Position numbers and translations under genes: made by a program. Of a DNA stretch of 64,000 bases, positions 1-12,837 are shown in pieces; position 1 is the stretch's first letter, and every line of letters starts with the position of its first letter. The notes under the pieces are model-generated. The model did no database searches. It was given only the letters and a program-made list of their open reading frames with translations, and had not been told where the DNA came from. Origin of the DNA: Eledone cirrhosa (Eukaryota). Where the stretch lies: the NCBI GenBank assembly GCA_964016885.1, contig OZ024740.1, positions 91,946,001 to 92,010,000 of the forward strand. The letters run 5' to 3'.

Positions 1-986
1 ATTCCTTCCTTATCCGTTCCCTCATTGTCGAGTGCTTGATTCCGTCTCCTTCACAAACACCTAGATATTTGTAAGTTTTTTCTTGATCAAGTTCTCTTAT
101 TACGATCCCCCGATCAAGATTAATGTCTGAACTCTTCAGCAGCTTTCCTCTGGTGGACGTTGCTTTGGCGCATTTATCCAGTCCAAACTCCATTTTAATG
201 TCATCACTGAACTGTTTCACAGTGGACAATAGCCCTTGCAATTGTTCATCATTTTTTGCAAATAGTTTCAGGTCATCCATGTAGAACAGGTGATTAATGG
301 TTTTGTCATAGACTCTATATCCATGTTTTGTTTCATTGAGCATTTTACTTAATGGTATAAGTGCGATGCAGAATAAAAGCGGTGATAAAGAGTCACCTGA
401 AAAATTCCACAATTAATATTAACTTCTCCAGCTTCCAGTCATTTTGTTTCACTATTCAAAAGGAGTGTCGTTCTCCATGTCTTCATACTCAATGACAAAA
501 TCCTCCTGACTACGGGGGATATTTTGAAAATCTCTAGACATTTTTCAATCCAACTGTGTGGTAAACTATCGAATGCTTTTTTATAATCTATCCAAGCAAT
601 CGATAGATGTTTGTGTCTATTATGACAATCTTCCAGTATCATTTTGTTAACCAGAAGCTGATCCTTACAGCCATATGAGCCTCGTTTACACCTTTCTGCT
701 CAATGGGAAATAGGTAATTTGTTATCAGGTGGTCATATGTGTATTCAGTTAGGACTGATGTTAAAATTGTATACATTGTGGTCAAGCAGGTTATCGTTCT
801 TTAATTTTTGGGATTGTTTGTCTCATCATTCTTCGGAAGCAGGAATGTAATGCCGTTAACTAGTCATGATGTTATATTTTCTGGCTCCTTAACTATTTCA
901 TTGTAAAGTTGGGCTAACAGCTCTTGAGACTCTGTGAAGGCATTTATCCAAAAGTTTTGTATTTTGTCTTTTCCTGGGGATTTCCA
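1..986 (-). mobile_element. R4/Dong-like (RLE-type) non-LTR retrotransposon RT, 5'-truncated and frameshifted, running off the window edge
   Basis: Minus strand reads WKSPGKDKIQNFWI..., GSYGCKDQLL, AWIDYKKAFDSLPHSWI, GDSLSPLLFCIALIPL, NHLFYMDDLKLF and FGLDKC. The 5' junction abuts (TAA)n at 987-1017, the known target of Dong elements. Confidence 0.85.
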
Positions 987-1017
<31 letters not shown>

Positions 1018-1399
1018 TAGAGAACAGAGTCCTCAAACATGACTTTCAGTGGACCCTTTCACATGCAGCAAAAGAAAGCTTCTTAATGTGGGACCTGTTC
1101 ACAGCAGTATCACTCCACTAAACTAGTGGGAATATGCTATCGGTGTAAATAAGTATGCTTTCAAATCGTAGCTTGGAAATATGTACTCCTTTGTCCAATT
1201 GCGGTGCTAGCTGTCGCAAATGTTTGAAGCAAAGACAGTAAAAGTATCCACATAAGGCATGTCAATATTTTCGCGTTAATTTGGTATTTGGATTGAGATC
1301 CACAAGAAAATAATTCTGGCACACCAAACCCCGTCTTCGTAATAAACGTCCCTGTCTAAGGCTATCTGGACAACTTCAAGTTTACATCCCTATTCAGAG

Positions 1400-1770
1400 T
1401 GCTGCCACGTCGCAAGTTGTAGAGAATACGTTGCTGATCTTCTTAAACCATTCATAGAAATATCTGAGGTTCATGAGTTGCATAGGTTAGCTATTAATTT
1501 CCTGTCAATGACCGAGGTCACCAGAGCAATTTAAGACCTCAAATGTGGCAAGGAAACCAAGAGGGTGAAATTTGACCGGATATTTTGAAAGCTTCCAATA
1601 AAGAAGATATTCTCTGCCTAGGTCTTGTGTGTTAGATTGACTTGATCACTGGAAAGGAACCTAAGTATTAACGATAAGGAATAATAATTTTCAAAACAGC
1701 ATACAAAAGAGATTGCACTAATTATAGAGGGCTCTCATCGTTATGCATCCTTAGGAAACACTCTATTTCC
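1400..1770 (+). mobile_element. Heavily decayed RTE-like LINE RT fragment
   Basis: Broken frames give REYVADLLKP, EVTRAI*DLKCGK and DCTNYRGLSSLCIL, resembling RT-proximal motifs (NYRGISLL). Confidence 0.6.
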
Positions 1771-1944
1771 TGTCTTCCAATGAGACGTATGATTATTGTC
1801 GACTTCAAGCTAACTGACGAATAGTGTGTTTTTTGCCTCAAACCGATCACCAAATATTTCCCCACTCATTGTTTTAAATATTTGTTTTTATTAACATATG
1901 TAATCGATTTTCTTTTACTAGCTATCAAATAATTGTTTGTAATT

Positions 1945-2345
1945 TTGTCAGAAGGTCAGCAATAACCCTGTACATTACTGTTACTTTATTTTATCGACCC
2001 CGTAAGGATGAAAGGCAAAGTTAACCTCGGTGTGATGTTTAACTCGGTCCGTAAATCGACGTAACTGTGCCACAAAGCATGGCGCCCGACCTTCTACCGA
2101 TACAGACAATCCCCCACCCTATCAAATAATGGTTTCTTATATAGGCACAAGGCCAGCAATTTTGGAGGAGGGGAAAATCGATTAAATCGACTCCAATGCG
2201 TGAATGGTACTTTATTTTATCGACCCCTTGTGTATGAAAGGCAAAGATGACCTCGGCAGGATTTGAACTCAATCCCTAAAGGGACGTAACTGTGCTGAAT
2301 AGCATGGTGTGCGACCCTCTACGGATATTGCCAATCAACCTCCCT
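1945..2345 (-). mobile_element. Two adjacent copies of a tRNA-derived SINE
   Basis: Reverse-complement matches to the SINE at 37880 and 38703 (core CTTTCATCCTTACGGGGTCGATAAAATAAAGTA); copies at about 1945-2120 and 2130-2345. Confidence 0.85.
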
Positions 2346-2881
2346 AATAGATCATCGCAATATTATGCCCTGCTGATGAGATCTAAAACAAAATCATCGT
2401 TTTCTAATTTTCTAAAAAGCGATTCATCACCCTTATTTTTTTCATTCAATATCACCTATATTGTCAAGAATCATTACATTTCGCTAATGATGTTCCCTTT
2501 TTTTCAGTGTGTATTTGTTTTACTTTTTCTGTAGAATATATGTTAAGTACTGATTACAGATGAGTATCCAGTTGTTATACTTTTTTTCTCTATCGTGTGT
2601 CTTTCATTACACATGCGGCAATGATGAAGCGTTTCAATCTGCAATATAATCCGACACAAATTAACCCCCAAACCTCAGATGAAAAACGAAAAGGTATTTC
2701 AATTAAAAAACCAGGTTAAGGATATAAAAATGTTCCTAACATATATGGCAGTATACAATGATTATTAATAATTTCTTGAAAACATATAACGTCATACAAA
2801 CAGGCTGCATACACACGCACGGACAGACACACACACACACACACATACACACACACACACACACATACAGACACACACACA

Positions 2882-2948
<67 letters not shown>

Positions 2949-2961
2949 ATATATATATATA

Positions 2962-3877
2962 CTAGCAGTGGTACCCGGCGTTGCACGGGATAATGTATTT
3001 TGGAAGGCGGGCCGCCAACAGACCTAATCGTAGAAAAACTGCATGCTTGAACAATATGTAAATAAATTAAACCGAATACTCTGATGGCTGGATAGTTTTA
3101 AAGATTTTCCTCGATGAAGCAGGAACAATGCAGGTTTTCACCTAGGGGATCAAGAAAATAATTTTTTTATGTGCATAATATACCTTGAAATTTCGGGAAA
3201 ATCAGCAAGACGTAACGCCTCCAAAGAGCCCTATAAACCTGATAAAAATGAAGTGTTTCACCTAATGCGGGCCCTAGGCCATAAAAGAGTTGGATTTTCT
3301 TTGCTCACGGTATGAAGAAGAGACTCACTAATACATAGTTACAATTTCAAGGAAATCGGTCTGAGGTAACGCCTCAAATAACCCCTAAAAATCTGAAAAT
3401 ACGCAGTTGTTCACCTAATGTGGGCCCTAGGATACCAAATAAATGAATTTGTTTATGTGCATAATACTCCCTGTAACATAAGTAATACACATGTAAAGAT
3501 TGAAAAAAGTCGGTTGGGTACTTCTCGAGTTTTAGGGATTGAAACTCACAGACACACACACATACACACAGAGACAGAAATCCTCATGGAAGTGACCTAA
3601 TGCAGACAGCCAGACATAGAGACATATATTATAAGGGCAAGACGTTATATCTATGTATCTATCTAAAATGAGAAAGATTAATAATTATAGCGCTAGATCC
3701 CTAAGTCGCCTAATGCGGTCCCTAGGGTATTGAACATTTGAAATTATTTGTGCTCAGGACACTCCCAGAAACATAAGTATTAGATATGTCCAGTTTGAAA
3801 ACAGTCGGTTGCGTGGTTCTCGAGTTTTAGGGATACGAACTCACACACACAGACATCCTCAGTTTTATATATATAGA
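2962..3877 (-). mobile_element. Non-autonomous Helitron
   Basis: Minus strand starts TCTATATATATAAAA and ends CCCGTGCAACGCCGGGTACCACTG-CTAG|T (3' hairpin plus CTAG). Homologous to 57563-58663. Confidence 0.85.
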
Positions 3878-3981
3878 CTAGCAGAAAACCAAAGTGTGCG
3901 GTTTTCTGCTAGTGTATATATATATATATTACACACACAGAAATGTATATATATTTATGTGTGTATATATATATATATATC

Positions 3982-4012
<31 letters not shown>

Positions 4013-4330
4013 TACACACACACAAAAATGTATATATGTTTCTGTAGCACTCCTCAATTCCCCCATCTCCCCCTCCCTATATCCCCCTCTTGTAGTATGT
4101 CTTGTATTTCACTCTCACTCTCTCTCTACGCGTGCGCAAAAAACATTCGCACGCGCGCACGTGATTTTGCGTCTATTCACTCTCTCTCCCTCTCGCTATC
4201 CCCCTCTCGTAATATGTCTCTTTCTTTCACTCTCACTCTACGTGTGCGCAAAACACATTCGCACGGGCGCACGTGTTTCCACTGTCGGACAGACAGACAG
4301 AGAAATTGCTGGTTATATATTATAAGGAGA
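3878..4330 (-). mobile_element. Second non-autonomous Helitron, head-to-tail with the first
   Basis: Minus strand A|TCTCCTTATAATATATA start at 4330; CTAG end at 3878 directly abuts the TC start of the 2962-3877 element; internal duplicated CTCTCTACG(C)GTGCGCAAAA block. Confidence 0.6.
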
Positions 4331-4347
4331 TAATATATAAAATTATT

Positions 4348-4405
<58 letters not shown>

Positions 4406-4617
4406 TATGTGTACGGCTGTACTTATATTTTTGCAAACATTTATGTATAAGTTTCCTATATAGCTTTCACTTTCAAGAACATCTCTTCGGTAATTCCCAG
4501 CGTTTATGCGTGAGATGTCTATTTGTAATAACGCCAATGATGACAGTTAGCCCAGACTATTTCCGGAAGCATATTCACAAGAAAAAGAATATAAACGATA
4601 TATTAAACTGTTTTCAG

Positions 4618-4666
4618 ATGGAGAATCCCTGACCATTATGACCCACCGGGTTATTATGGTGATTTG
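4618..4666 (+). other. Possible small host-gene exon
   Basis: ctgttttcag|...TTG|gtaagc splice-like flanks in unique sequence; open frames WRIPDHYDPPGYYGDL or GESLTIMTHRVIMVI. No family recognised. Confidence 0.25.
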
Positions 4667-5663
4667 GTAAGCTTAAATGTAACATGCAACATTTGAAAAT
4701 GCCGGCTCTGTGAATACTTCTCAGTACCTCTCGACCGTTTCTTATTTGCCGTGAATGTAATTAAGCATGTGGTAAATGTTCGGATCATACTACATGTAAC
4801 ATCGTCGAACACATATTTCTGTAGTTAGTGTTGTATGAATGTTCAGTCCAGCCACCATTTTCATCAACCTCTCCATTTTAAGAAATGATTTGAATAGGAA
4901 ATGAGCAATTCCACAACCCTTGTGACATTCCATGTTGTTCCCTTCACTCTACTTAAATAACGTTTCAAGTGATGGAAACCTATTAAGCTATTTTCTCCAT
5001 TTCAATATCATTCCCGAAGTCTCAACATTCTCATTGAGTTAAGATAGCTTTCATCAAAGAGATGATTTCAGGACTTTATCCGAAACAAACCAGACGTAAC
5101 TGATATAACATCATAACCCGTCGTATTTAGTGAGAAGCTGGTGAACGAAACGGCAAGATACCGATTTAACTGACAACTTTTATTAATGTTTTAAAATTAG
5201 TGTACTCTCAAATCAATACTCATGCATCGATTGTTGAATATATACTGGGTGTCAGGTTAGACTTCCAACTCAAAGATATGTTTACATAATATTTCAGGAT
5301 TATACTGTTTCCTAAGCAACATTTCAATCACAAAGACTTGTTCCGATCAGGTATTACAGTAAAAGATTCATATCCAAAATGTTGACCTCAATGATCAAAT
5401 TAGGTTTCAATTATCCACAGGATATATGCTCATCACACAGTACCACGTGTTCTTGCAGCATTAATCCGTTTTCATTGTTTGGTTCTATGACTATATGAAT
5501 AAGGAAAATCGATAGCTAATCCAACGCCGGAAAATAAAGATATTTTTTTCATTGTTCGACTTCTCCACAAACAATAATTTTGTTCCTGAAATATAAATAT
5601 ATATATATAAGTGTATATATAAAAATATAAATATATATATATATATTTATATATATACATATA

Positions 5664-6300
5664 TAGTTTAATTTTAGACGGAATAAAAACAGAGAGGCAG
5701 TACAAATATAAGTCTATAAGGTCCACGCTTTTGAGAATGGGGGGGGGGTTCGGGCATAGGCCCTTCATCAGGAGAAAAGTGTGTAGGAAGAGAGTTCCGA
5801 GGGTGTGTGGGGGAGTGGTGGAATAGTATTTATAAAAAAGGGGGGAGAGAAAAGGGAGGAAAACAGATTTTAGAAGTACAAATCAAAATAAAAATAACCA
5901 TAAACATAAACATAAAAATAAACAAGTGGTTGAAGGGTGTGGGGCATGTAGGGGTGGGGGCAGGTGGATTTTGGACAGGGAGGTGCGGAGTCCGAGTGGG
6001 GATGTCTGAAGGTGGTGTTTCTGTATGTGTGTAGGTGTATGTGTGTGTGTGTGTGTGTGCGTGTATATGTGAATTTGAGAGTTGGAGCTAGGATGAGGTA
6101 CTATGTTTAAGAAAAGGGGAACCGGTGCTTGCGTTCGTGTGGATGGAGAAGGGTTTAGGGGAAGGGGGGGAGACGTGTTGATTCCGGCGGTTGTGTCTGT
6201 GTATGTGGGGCTTCGCACGTCTGTGTGTTTATACAAGGTGTGGATGTAGGTGGCGTGGTTCTAAAAAAAATGTTAGTGTTTGTTCGTGGGTATGTTCCTA
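5664..6300 (-). mobile_element. PLE-like 3'-end remnant with a disrupted hammerhead
   Basis: Minus strand CTGATGA-A-GGGC-CTAT-GCCC-GAA (5771-5749), then a poly-C run replacing stem III; abuts an AT microsatellite. Confidence 0.45.
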
Positions 6301-6372
6301 AGAAGACCATACGCTATTGTTTTAAAGTACCGACATTGTCGCTTACTTAAATTTTCGGCAGACTGGGGGAAA

Positions 6373-6419
6373 TAAGTTGACAGCTCTGTTTCGTACTTGT
6401 TGGTACTTATCAAAACTCA
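6373..6419 (-). ncRNA. Type I hammerhead ribozyme, U3-A8 core variant (family A)
   Basis: TGAGTT-TTGATAA-GTAC caacaa GTAC-GAAA-CAG ag CTG-TC-AACTTA: stems I, II and III pair; GUC cleavage triplet. Confidence 0.8.
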
Positions 6420-6660
6420 CTACTCAATGTCGGTACTTTAAAACGATAGCGTATGGTCTTCAAAATGATTTTAATTAAGCATACTGTGTATTGAAAAATA
6501 CACTATATATACATTCATATACATATCGCTATTTCGGAGCACCATCTCTAATTTTCAATGTCTGCTGGGCCAGCGACCACTCTGTAAAATCAGTTCCTGA
6601 GTGTTACTGGAATTCTATAAGTATCCAACACACATAATTTTTGGCAGACAGGGTGAGTAG

Positions 6661-6707
6661 TGAGTTTTGATAAGTACCAAAAAGTATGAAACAGAGCTGT
6701 CAACTTA
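6661..6707 (+). ncRNA. Type I hammerhead ribozyme, U3-A8 core variant (family A)
   Basis: TGAGTT-TTGATAA-GTAC caaaaa GTAT-GAAA-CAGagCTG-TC-AACTTA. Confidence 0.75.
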
Positions 6708-7033
6708 TCTCCCCCATTCTGTCGATAATTTAAGTATGCGCCAGTGTCGCTAATTTAAAACAATAGTGTATTGCAAAATGCACTAAATATATGTTCATAT
6801 ATATATATCGGTATTTCGGAGCACCAATTCTAATTGTTATATCCGAGACAAACCTACATTTGGCGCCAAATCAATTTTTAATATTCACATGACCTCTACC
6901 CATCAATCAATATTGTTTTGACCACAATCATTTTTTCATAAATCTGGAGCAACTTTTTTTTACATAAAGCAGGTAGAATTTTCAATACTAATCAGATTAG
7001 AGCAAACATCACGGGCGCTCTATCTCAAAATTA

Positions 7034-7069
7034 TTTTTGAAAAGCATTAGAAATGCGAAACCGGTAAAA
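7034..7069 (+). ncRNA. Minimal type I hammerhead, U3-A8 variant, palindromic stem III (family C, element approx. 7005-7182)
   Basis: TTT-TTGAAAA-GCATT aga AATGC-GAAA-CCGG-TA-AAA. Related copies near 23209-23246 (+) and 61090-61125 (-, stem II GCAG/CTGC). Confidence 0.7.
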
Positions 7070-7178
7070 CTTAAAACCAAAACTGAATACTAACCAATAC
7101 AATTACTAATTTTTACTTATTCCTAATTAAACGATTTTTCACTGGGAACAATTTGTCAGCATTTTCTTTTCCTTTTAT

Positions 7179-7211
<33 letters not shown>

Positions 7212-7215
<4 letters not shown>

Positions 7216-7382
7216 TGTGTTGGCTGCCAACTCGTTTTCGAGTACGGCCACTATTTTATAACCATGTAGGAGAACCCCTACCGATGCGCTGAACGAATGT
7301 GCCTTTTTAGTCCAGCCAGCGACTTGAACACTCTGGTACAAACACTACACTTGTGACACTTATTGACACATAGTGATGGGCC
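7212..7382 (-). mobile_element. RTE-like LINE 3' end (C-terminal C2H2 knuckle plus short 3'UTR)
   Basis: Minus strand [25 protein letters not shown] followed by a GTACTCGAAAACGAG hairpin tail, as in RTE/BovB-type ends. Confidence 0.6.
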
Positions 7383-7425
7383 CACACATACACACACACA
7401 TATATATATAGAGATATATATGTAC

Positions 7426-7508
<83 letters not shown>

Positions 7509-7512
7509 CACA

Positions 7513-7566
<54 letters not shown>

Positions 7567-7606
7567 TTCAAAATATTAACAACATAGATATTCTTGTGAT
7601 CAATTA

Positions 7607-7673
7607 TATTTTATTATACATATTTCAGAGGTACTGAGTTAAGTTCAACAGTACGTCCTCATCAGATAAAATA
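7607..7673 (-). ncRNA. Type I hammerhead ribozyme in the Naiad pLTR
   Basis: TATTTTAT-CTGATGA-GGACGTACTG..CAGTACCTCT-GAAA-TATGTA-TA-ATAAAATA: 8-bp stem I, AUA triplet. The inverted copy at 11474-11540 is mutated (CTGATCA). Confidence 0.85.
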
Positions 7674-9479
7674 AGATGACGCATGACATACCGCGACAAA
7701 GTAGATCGTTAAGAATCAGGCATGGTGGTGATTACCTTATGACAAAACTCAATAAATATATCCAAATATTGAGAACATTAAATAACATAATACAAACAAT
7801 AGAGCGTGCTTGTAATAGAGCTGAAGAAATACATGGCATCAATATAACAGATATACATTTTTAAAAACTATTGGAGAAAGAGGAGGGAAAGGAAAGCATA
7901 GAGGAAGAAACAGCTGATGTGATAATATATTTAGTAGGTGGCTCGAAAAAACAAATAAATGATGATTAAAGAGAGAGACAAAGGGGAGAAATTTTAATTT
8001 CAAGTTTATATACTTCCATATATGCAACACATGTCCAAATTAATATAGTTGGGGTTAATTTTCAAAGTATTTAATATAAGTTATTTCAGAGTAATGAATA
8101 ATATTTTAGGTTTTAAAATTAATAGGTATTTGTATTAATATTATAATTATGTTTAATATCTACAATTCAAATTGTATGAACACAAATTTAAAGGATTTAC
8201 GAAACACGAGAAAGAATATATATATATACATATATTACGCTTTTATATCTTCATGAAAATTATTTATAATATTGACTACAGTTTATATAATATAATTTAT
8301 GAAAGAATTATAGTTATAATTATTAAAGAATTTATTGTTAAATAATTTGAGTGGCTAAAGTATCAACCGGCCTTATAACTAAACTTAAAGAGGTCCGAAT
8401 TTTTAATTATGTATATGCGTTACAAAGATTATAGTTTATTATTTGTTTATAATTGAGGTGATACCTTTCAAATATAAATAATAATGCAATAATGTAATAT
8501 AGTAAATAAGTTACTGAAAATATTGTTCAAAAATATATATAGTTAACAAATGTTGTTAAAAATATTGCTAAAGAATTAATGTTTTAAATCAATTCTGTTC
8601 ATTTAGTTGATATATACTATAAAGATATAAGTCAAAGCTATATGAGTCATAATGATAGGGGCTAGATACACAATAAATATACAAATGAAATGAATTTTTT
8701 GAGAAATTTAAAGATGCCCAACATTAAAAATATATTGTAAATGCAATAGGGTTTTAATATAGTATATAAAAATGAATGTGATATAAAAAGGAGCTAAATA
8801 TTTGAAAAAGCCGAAGGTAATCTAAACTTAATTAAACTAAAATAAAATAAAATAAGTTAAATTAAATTATATTATATTATATTAAGTACATACTTATATA
8901 GGTTCGACCTTCCGGGAAATATCAAACACTTTAACAATATATAGTCATTTGCGTGTCTAAATTATATATAAATGTAACTACGATTATGTTATTACACTAG
9001 ATAAAGATATGTGTACAACTATATAGAGATATTATTATAGGCATTAATGAAACAGTATACATTTAATAAAAACAATAATAATTTAATCATTATTAGTAAT
9101 GCTATAATTGTAGTTTTACCTCCAGTTCAGTGGCGAGATATACCAATATTTGTCGGCTATTATGGTTTGGTATATTTATACCTAGATATATATAACAAAT
9201 AAATGCAAATCCAACTTTCTGAGTCCCCCAAAACATACTCAAAATTAGTAAAATATATAAAATATGCAAACGCATGAATGATCCACAGTTCAATTATAAT
9301 CAGTAAATTTACAAGTTAAATATCCAAACTATATATTTAAAAGAGAGACAGATAATTATAAATATATAAAAATCATTAGGTATGTATATTTATCAAGTAA
9401 ACAGGTTATCAAACTAGTGTCCTTCATTCTTACATTCATTCTATCATAAATGTTTAGAAAATAGAGCATTATTAAAGTG

Positions 9480-11165
9480 TTATATACTTGTTAAGCCCAA
9501 TAGTTGATAGGACGCGTAAAAAATCAGGCCTGGTTGTTTACTGTTTTTTCTGACTTTTAGCGATGCTTGGAATGTAGACAAAGCTTTATGAAGGCAGTTT
9601 GAGAATAATTCACTTTGTTTGTTAATTAAGTTTTCATAATTAGTAATTATTAATAGGGTCTCCTTTGTACAGAGGTTGCAGTTAATTGATATAGATGAGT
9701 TGGTATATATTTTACTATCACAAAGCTTCGTCCAAAAGACCGAGTATTTGAAATGTTTGTCTTTTAATGACCACATATTTGTCATAAAGAAGTCGAAGAC
9801 TTCCTATTAAAATTCTAAAATGAGCATTTGTGATTCGCAAATCTCGATATAAATATCGAAGAATTTGCCCCTATGTAGTTGTATGTGTTGATTTTTTTTT
9901 ACGGTGCATTTATACACCATATTTCTATCCAGACACTTATTTTGCAGAGGGCAATCTGGTTTATTTCTGCAATTACATGTCGATGTATTATTATTTATAT
10001 TAACAGTATTATTAATAGCATTATGTTGATTTTGGTTTAGAATTATACTGTTTATTTTAGCGATGTTTTTGGCCATATTCATAATTGTAGAATAAGACAG
10101 TTTAATTGTGTGTCTATTAAATATGGAGTGGTATTTATGTTGACTAATGAATGAAATATCTAAAGCTTTAAAATATAGATTAGCTATTGGTGTTCTTACT
10201 GCTACAGAAGCAGGGGGGGGGCATATACCTGGTTAAGTTCTGGTTCTTTTCCCCGATGTATTCACAGGACAGGTGTTTGAATTACAATTATTAAAATTTA
10301 TAGAATTTCATTTATATATGCCATTATTTTTATCAGGATAAAGACTCGGATTATTATTGCCTATATATTCTATATTATTTTTTATAACATCATTGCGCAT
10401 CATTGTAATATCCTGCCTTTTCATCAAATATTGATTTATTGGCAGATATTCTATTTATGCGTTTTTGTACACTATTTACAATTGCTTTTTTCACAGATTT
10501 AGGGTGATTAGAGTAATAACTAACGTAATTTAAGTTTTCATTGGGCTTATGGTAAGGGTAATAAAAACCAGAGTTTAAGTTAAGGGTAACATCAATGAAA
10601 TTAACTATTTTGGTACCACTTTCTACCTCTAGTTTAAGTTTGTAATTTTTAAACAATTCAATTATATATTTCTTTACCCTGTTTAGTTTTATAGTGTTGT
10701 GTTTAACAACCGTAAATAAAATATCGTCCCTATATAAACCACCGGTAATCTCCGGCAGTTTTCTATTTACCATATTTAAGATGAAAATCACCAGAAGATC
10801 CGTGATTTGCGCTGAATCAATGATCCCACGGTAATGTCAAAGTTTTATTTCTATCTGAGCGGGTCCAATACATATTGCTAAAGTTAATTAGAGTTCTTCT
10901 AGCAGTTAATATGATATCTATTTCATCCGTAGTTAGATCAGTATGTTTGTAAGCGTATGATAAAGCCTTATTTAGTAGGTTAGGCGTAATGGAAAAGTAA
11001 TAGCTTTTTATGTCGATCTGGATGAATTTCTGGTTTTTCTCATCATCTATATTTTTATACCATTCAATCACTTCATTTGTATCCTCCTACACGCTCAATT
11101 TAGACATCAATTTCAAAATCGGTAGAATTATATCAATAATATGTTTACTGATTACTCCAATATCC
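9480..11165 (-). pseudogene. PLE reverse transcriptase plus C-terminal GIY-YIG endonuclease (Naiad type), frameshifted
   Basis: IGVISKHII, FIQIDIKSYYFSI, GGLYRDDIL, NFIDVTLNL, PYHKPN, YYSNHP, CNCRNKPDCPLQNKCL..MVYKCTV, WSLKDK..WTKL, CNLCTKE, SELFSNCLH. Confidence 0.9.
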
Positions 11166-11694
11166 AATTTAATCATCTTTCATTTGTTTTTTCGAGCCAC
11201 CTACTAAATATATTATCACATCAGCTGTTTCTTCCTCTTTGCTTTCCTTTTCCTCCTCTTTCTCCACTAGTTTTTAAAAATAAAAAAATTATAACTGTTG
11301 TATTGATGCCATGTATTTCTTAAGCTCTATTACACTGACCCTCTCTATTATTTGTATTATGTTATCTCATGTTCTCAATATTAGGGTATAACTATTGGGT
11401 TTTGACATAAGTTAATCACTACCATGACTGGATCTTAACCGTGTACTATGTCAGGGTATGTCATGCATCATCTTATTTTGTCTGATCAGGACGTACTGTT
11501 GAACTTAACTCAGTACCTCTGAAATATGGATAATAAGATATAATTGATCACAAGAATATCTATCTTGTTAATATTTTGAATTAATATTAATAACTCTGGA
11601 AAACGTTTGCAGTTGAGTGCTTCTAATCTATTGTAAAACTCATTCTTTGATGTATTCATTGAACCTTGTTTAACTTTTAAATATATATATATAT

Positions 11695-11960
11695 GTTCCT
11701 GATTATTACTGGAATTCTATTTGAATCCAACATTCACAATTTTCAGCAAAACAGGAGGAATACCAACACGTATGAAACATAGCTCCGTCAGCTTATCTCC
11801 CATTGTATGCTGAAAATAGAAGTAAGTGACATTGTCACTACTTTAAAACAATAGCGTAACGTCTTCAAAATTCTTTTAATTAAGCATACAGTGTATTGCA
11901 AAATACACTGTATATATATTCGTATATATATATCGCTATTTCAGAGCACCAATTCTAATT
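11695..11960 (+). mobile_element. HHR family A, truncated copy with decayed HHR
   Basis: Matches 16270-16500 and then reads on to ...GCACCAATTCTAAT; the HHR 5' core is deleted, GAAAC..GTCAGCTTA is retained. Confidence 0.8.
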
Positions 11961-11999
11961 ATATACATATGTATATACACACTCACTCGCACACACACA

Positions 12000-12045
<46 letters not shown>

Positions 12046-12093
12046 CACACATATACATACACACACATACACGCACACATACACACACACACA

Positions 12094-12670
<577 letters not shown>

Positions 12671-12672
12671 TA

Positions 12673-12837
<165 letters not shown>

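Larger units (their letters stand above)
6302..6835. mobile_element. HHR family A (approx. 325-nt unit): inverted plus tandem copies
   Basis: 6302-6338 is inverted at 6425-6461; the unit continues through a short (TA)n into a second copy. Homologous to 11695-11960 and 15680-16500. Confidence 0.8.
7562..11681 (-). mobile_element. Naiad-type Penelope-like element copy 1: 5'-truncated body (-, 7562-11167) plus inverted pLTR (+, 11168-11681), flanked by (TA)n
   Basis: RT and GIY-YIG relics and an HHR near each end; 7562-7975 is inverted at 11168-11586; (TA)n on both flanks. Confidence 0.9.

Noticed and set aside
2373-2400. CTGATGA suggesting another hammerhead
   Set aside because: No correctly placed GAAA, stem III or stem I follows.
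2560-2693. Signal-peptide-like MSIQLLYFFSLSCVFHYTCG start
   Set aside because: The frame stops after 29 codons and no convincing spliced continuation was found.
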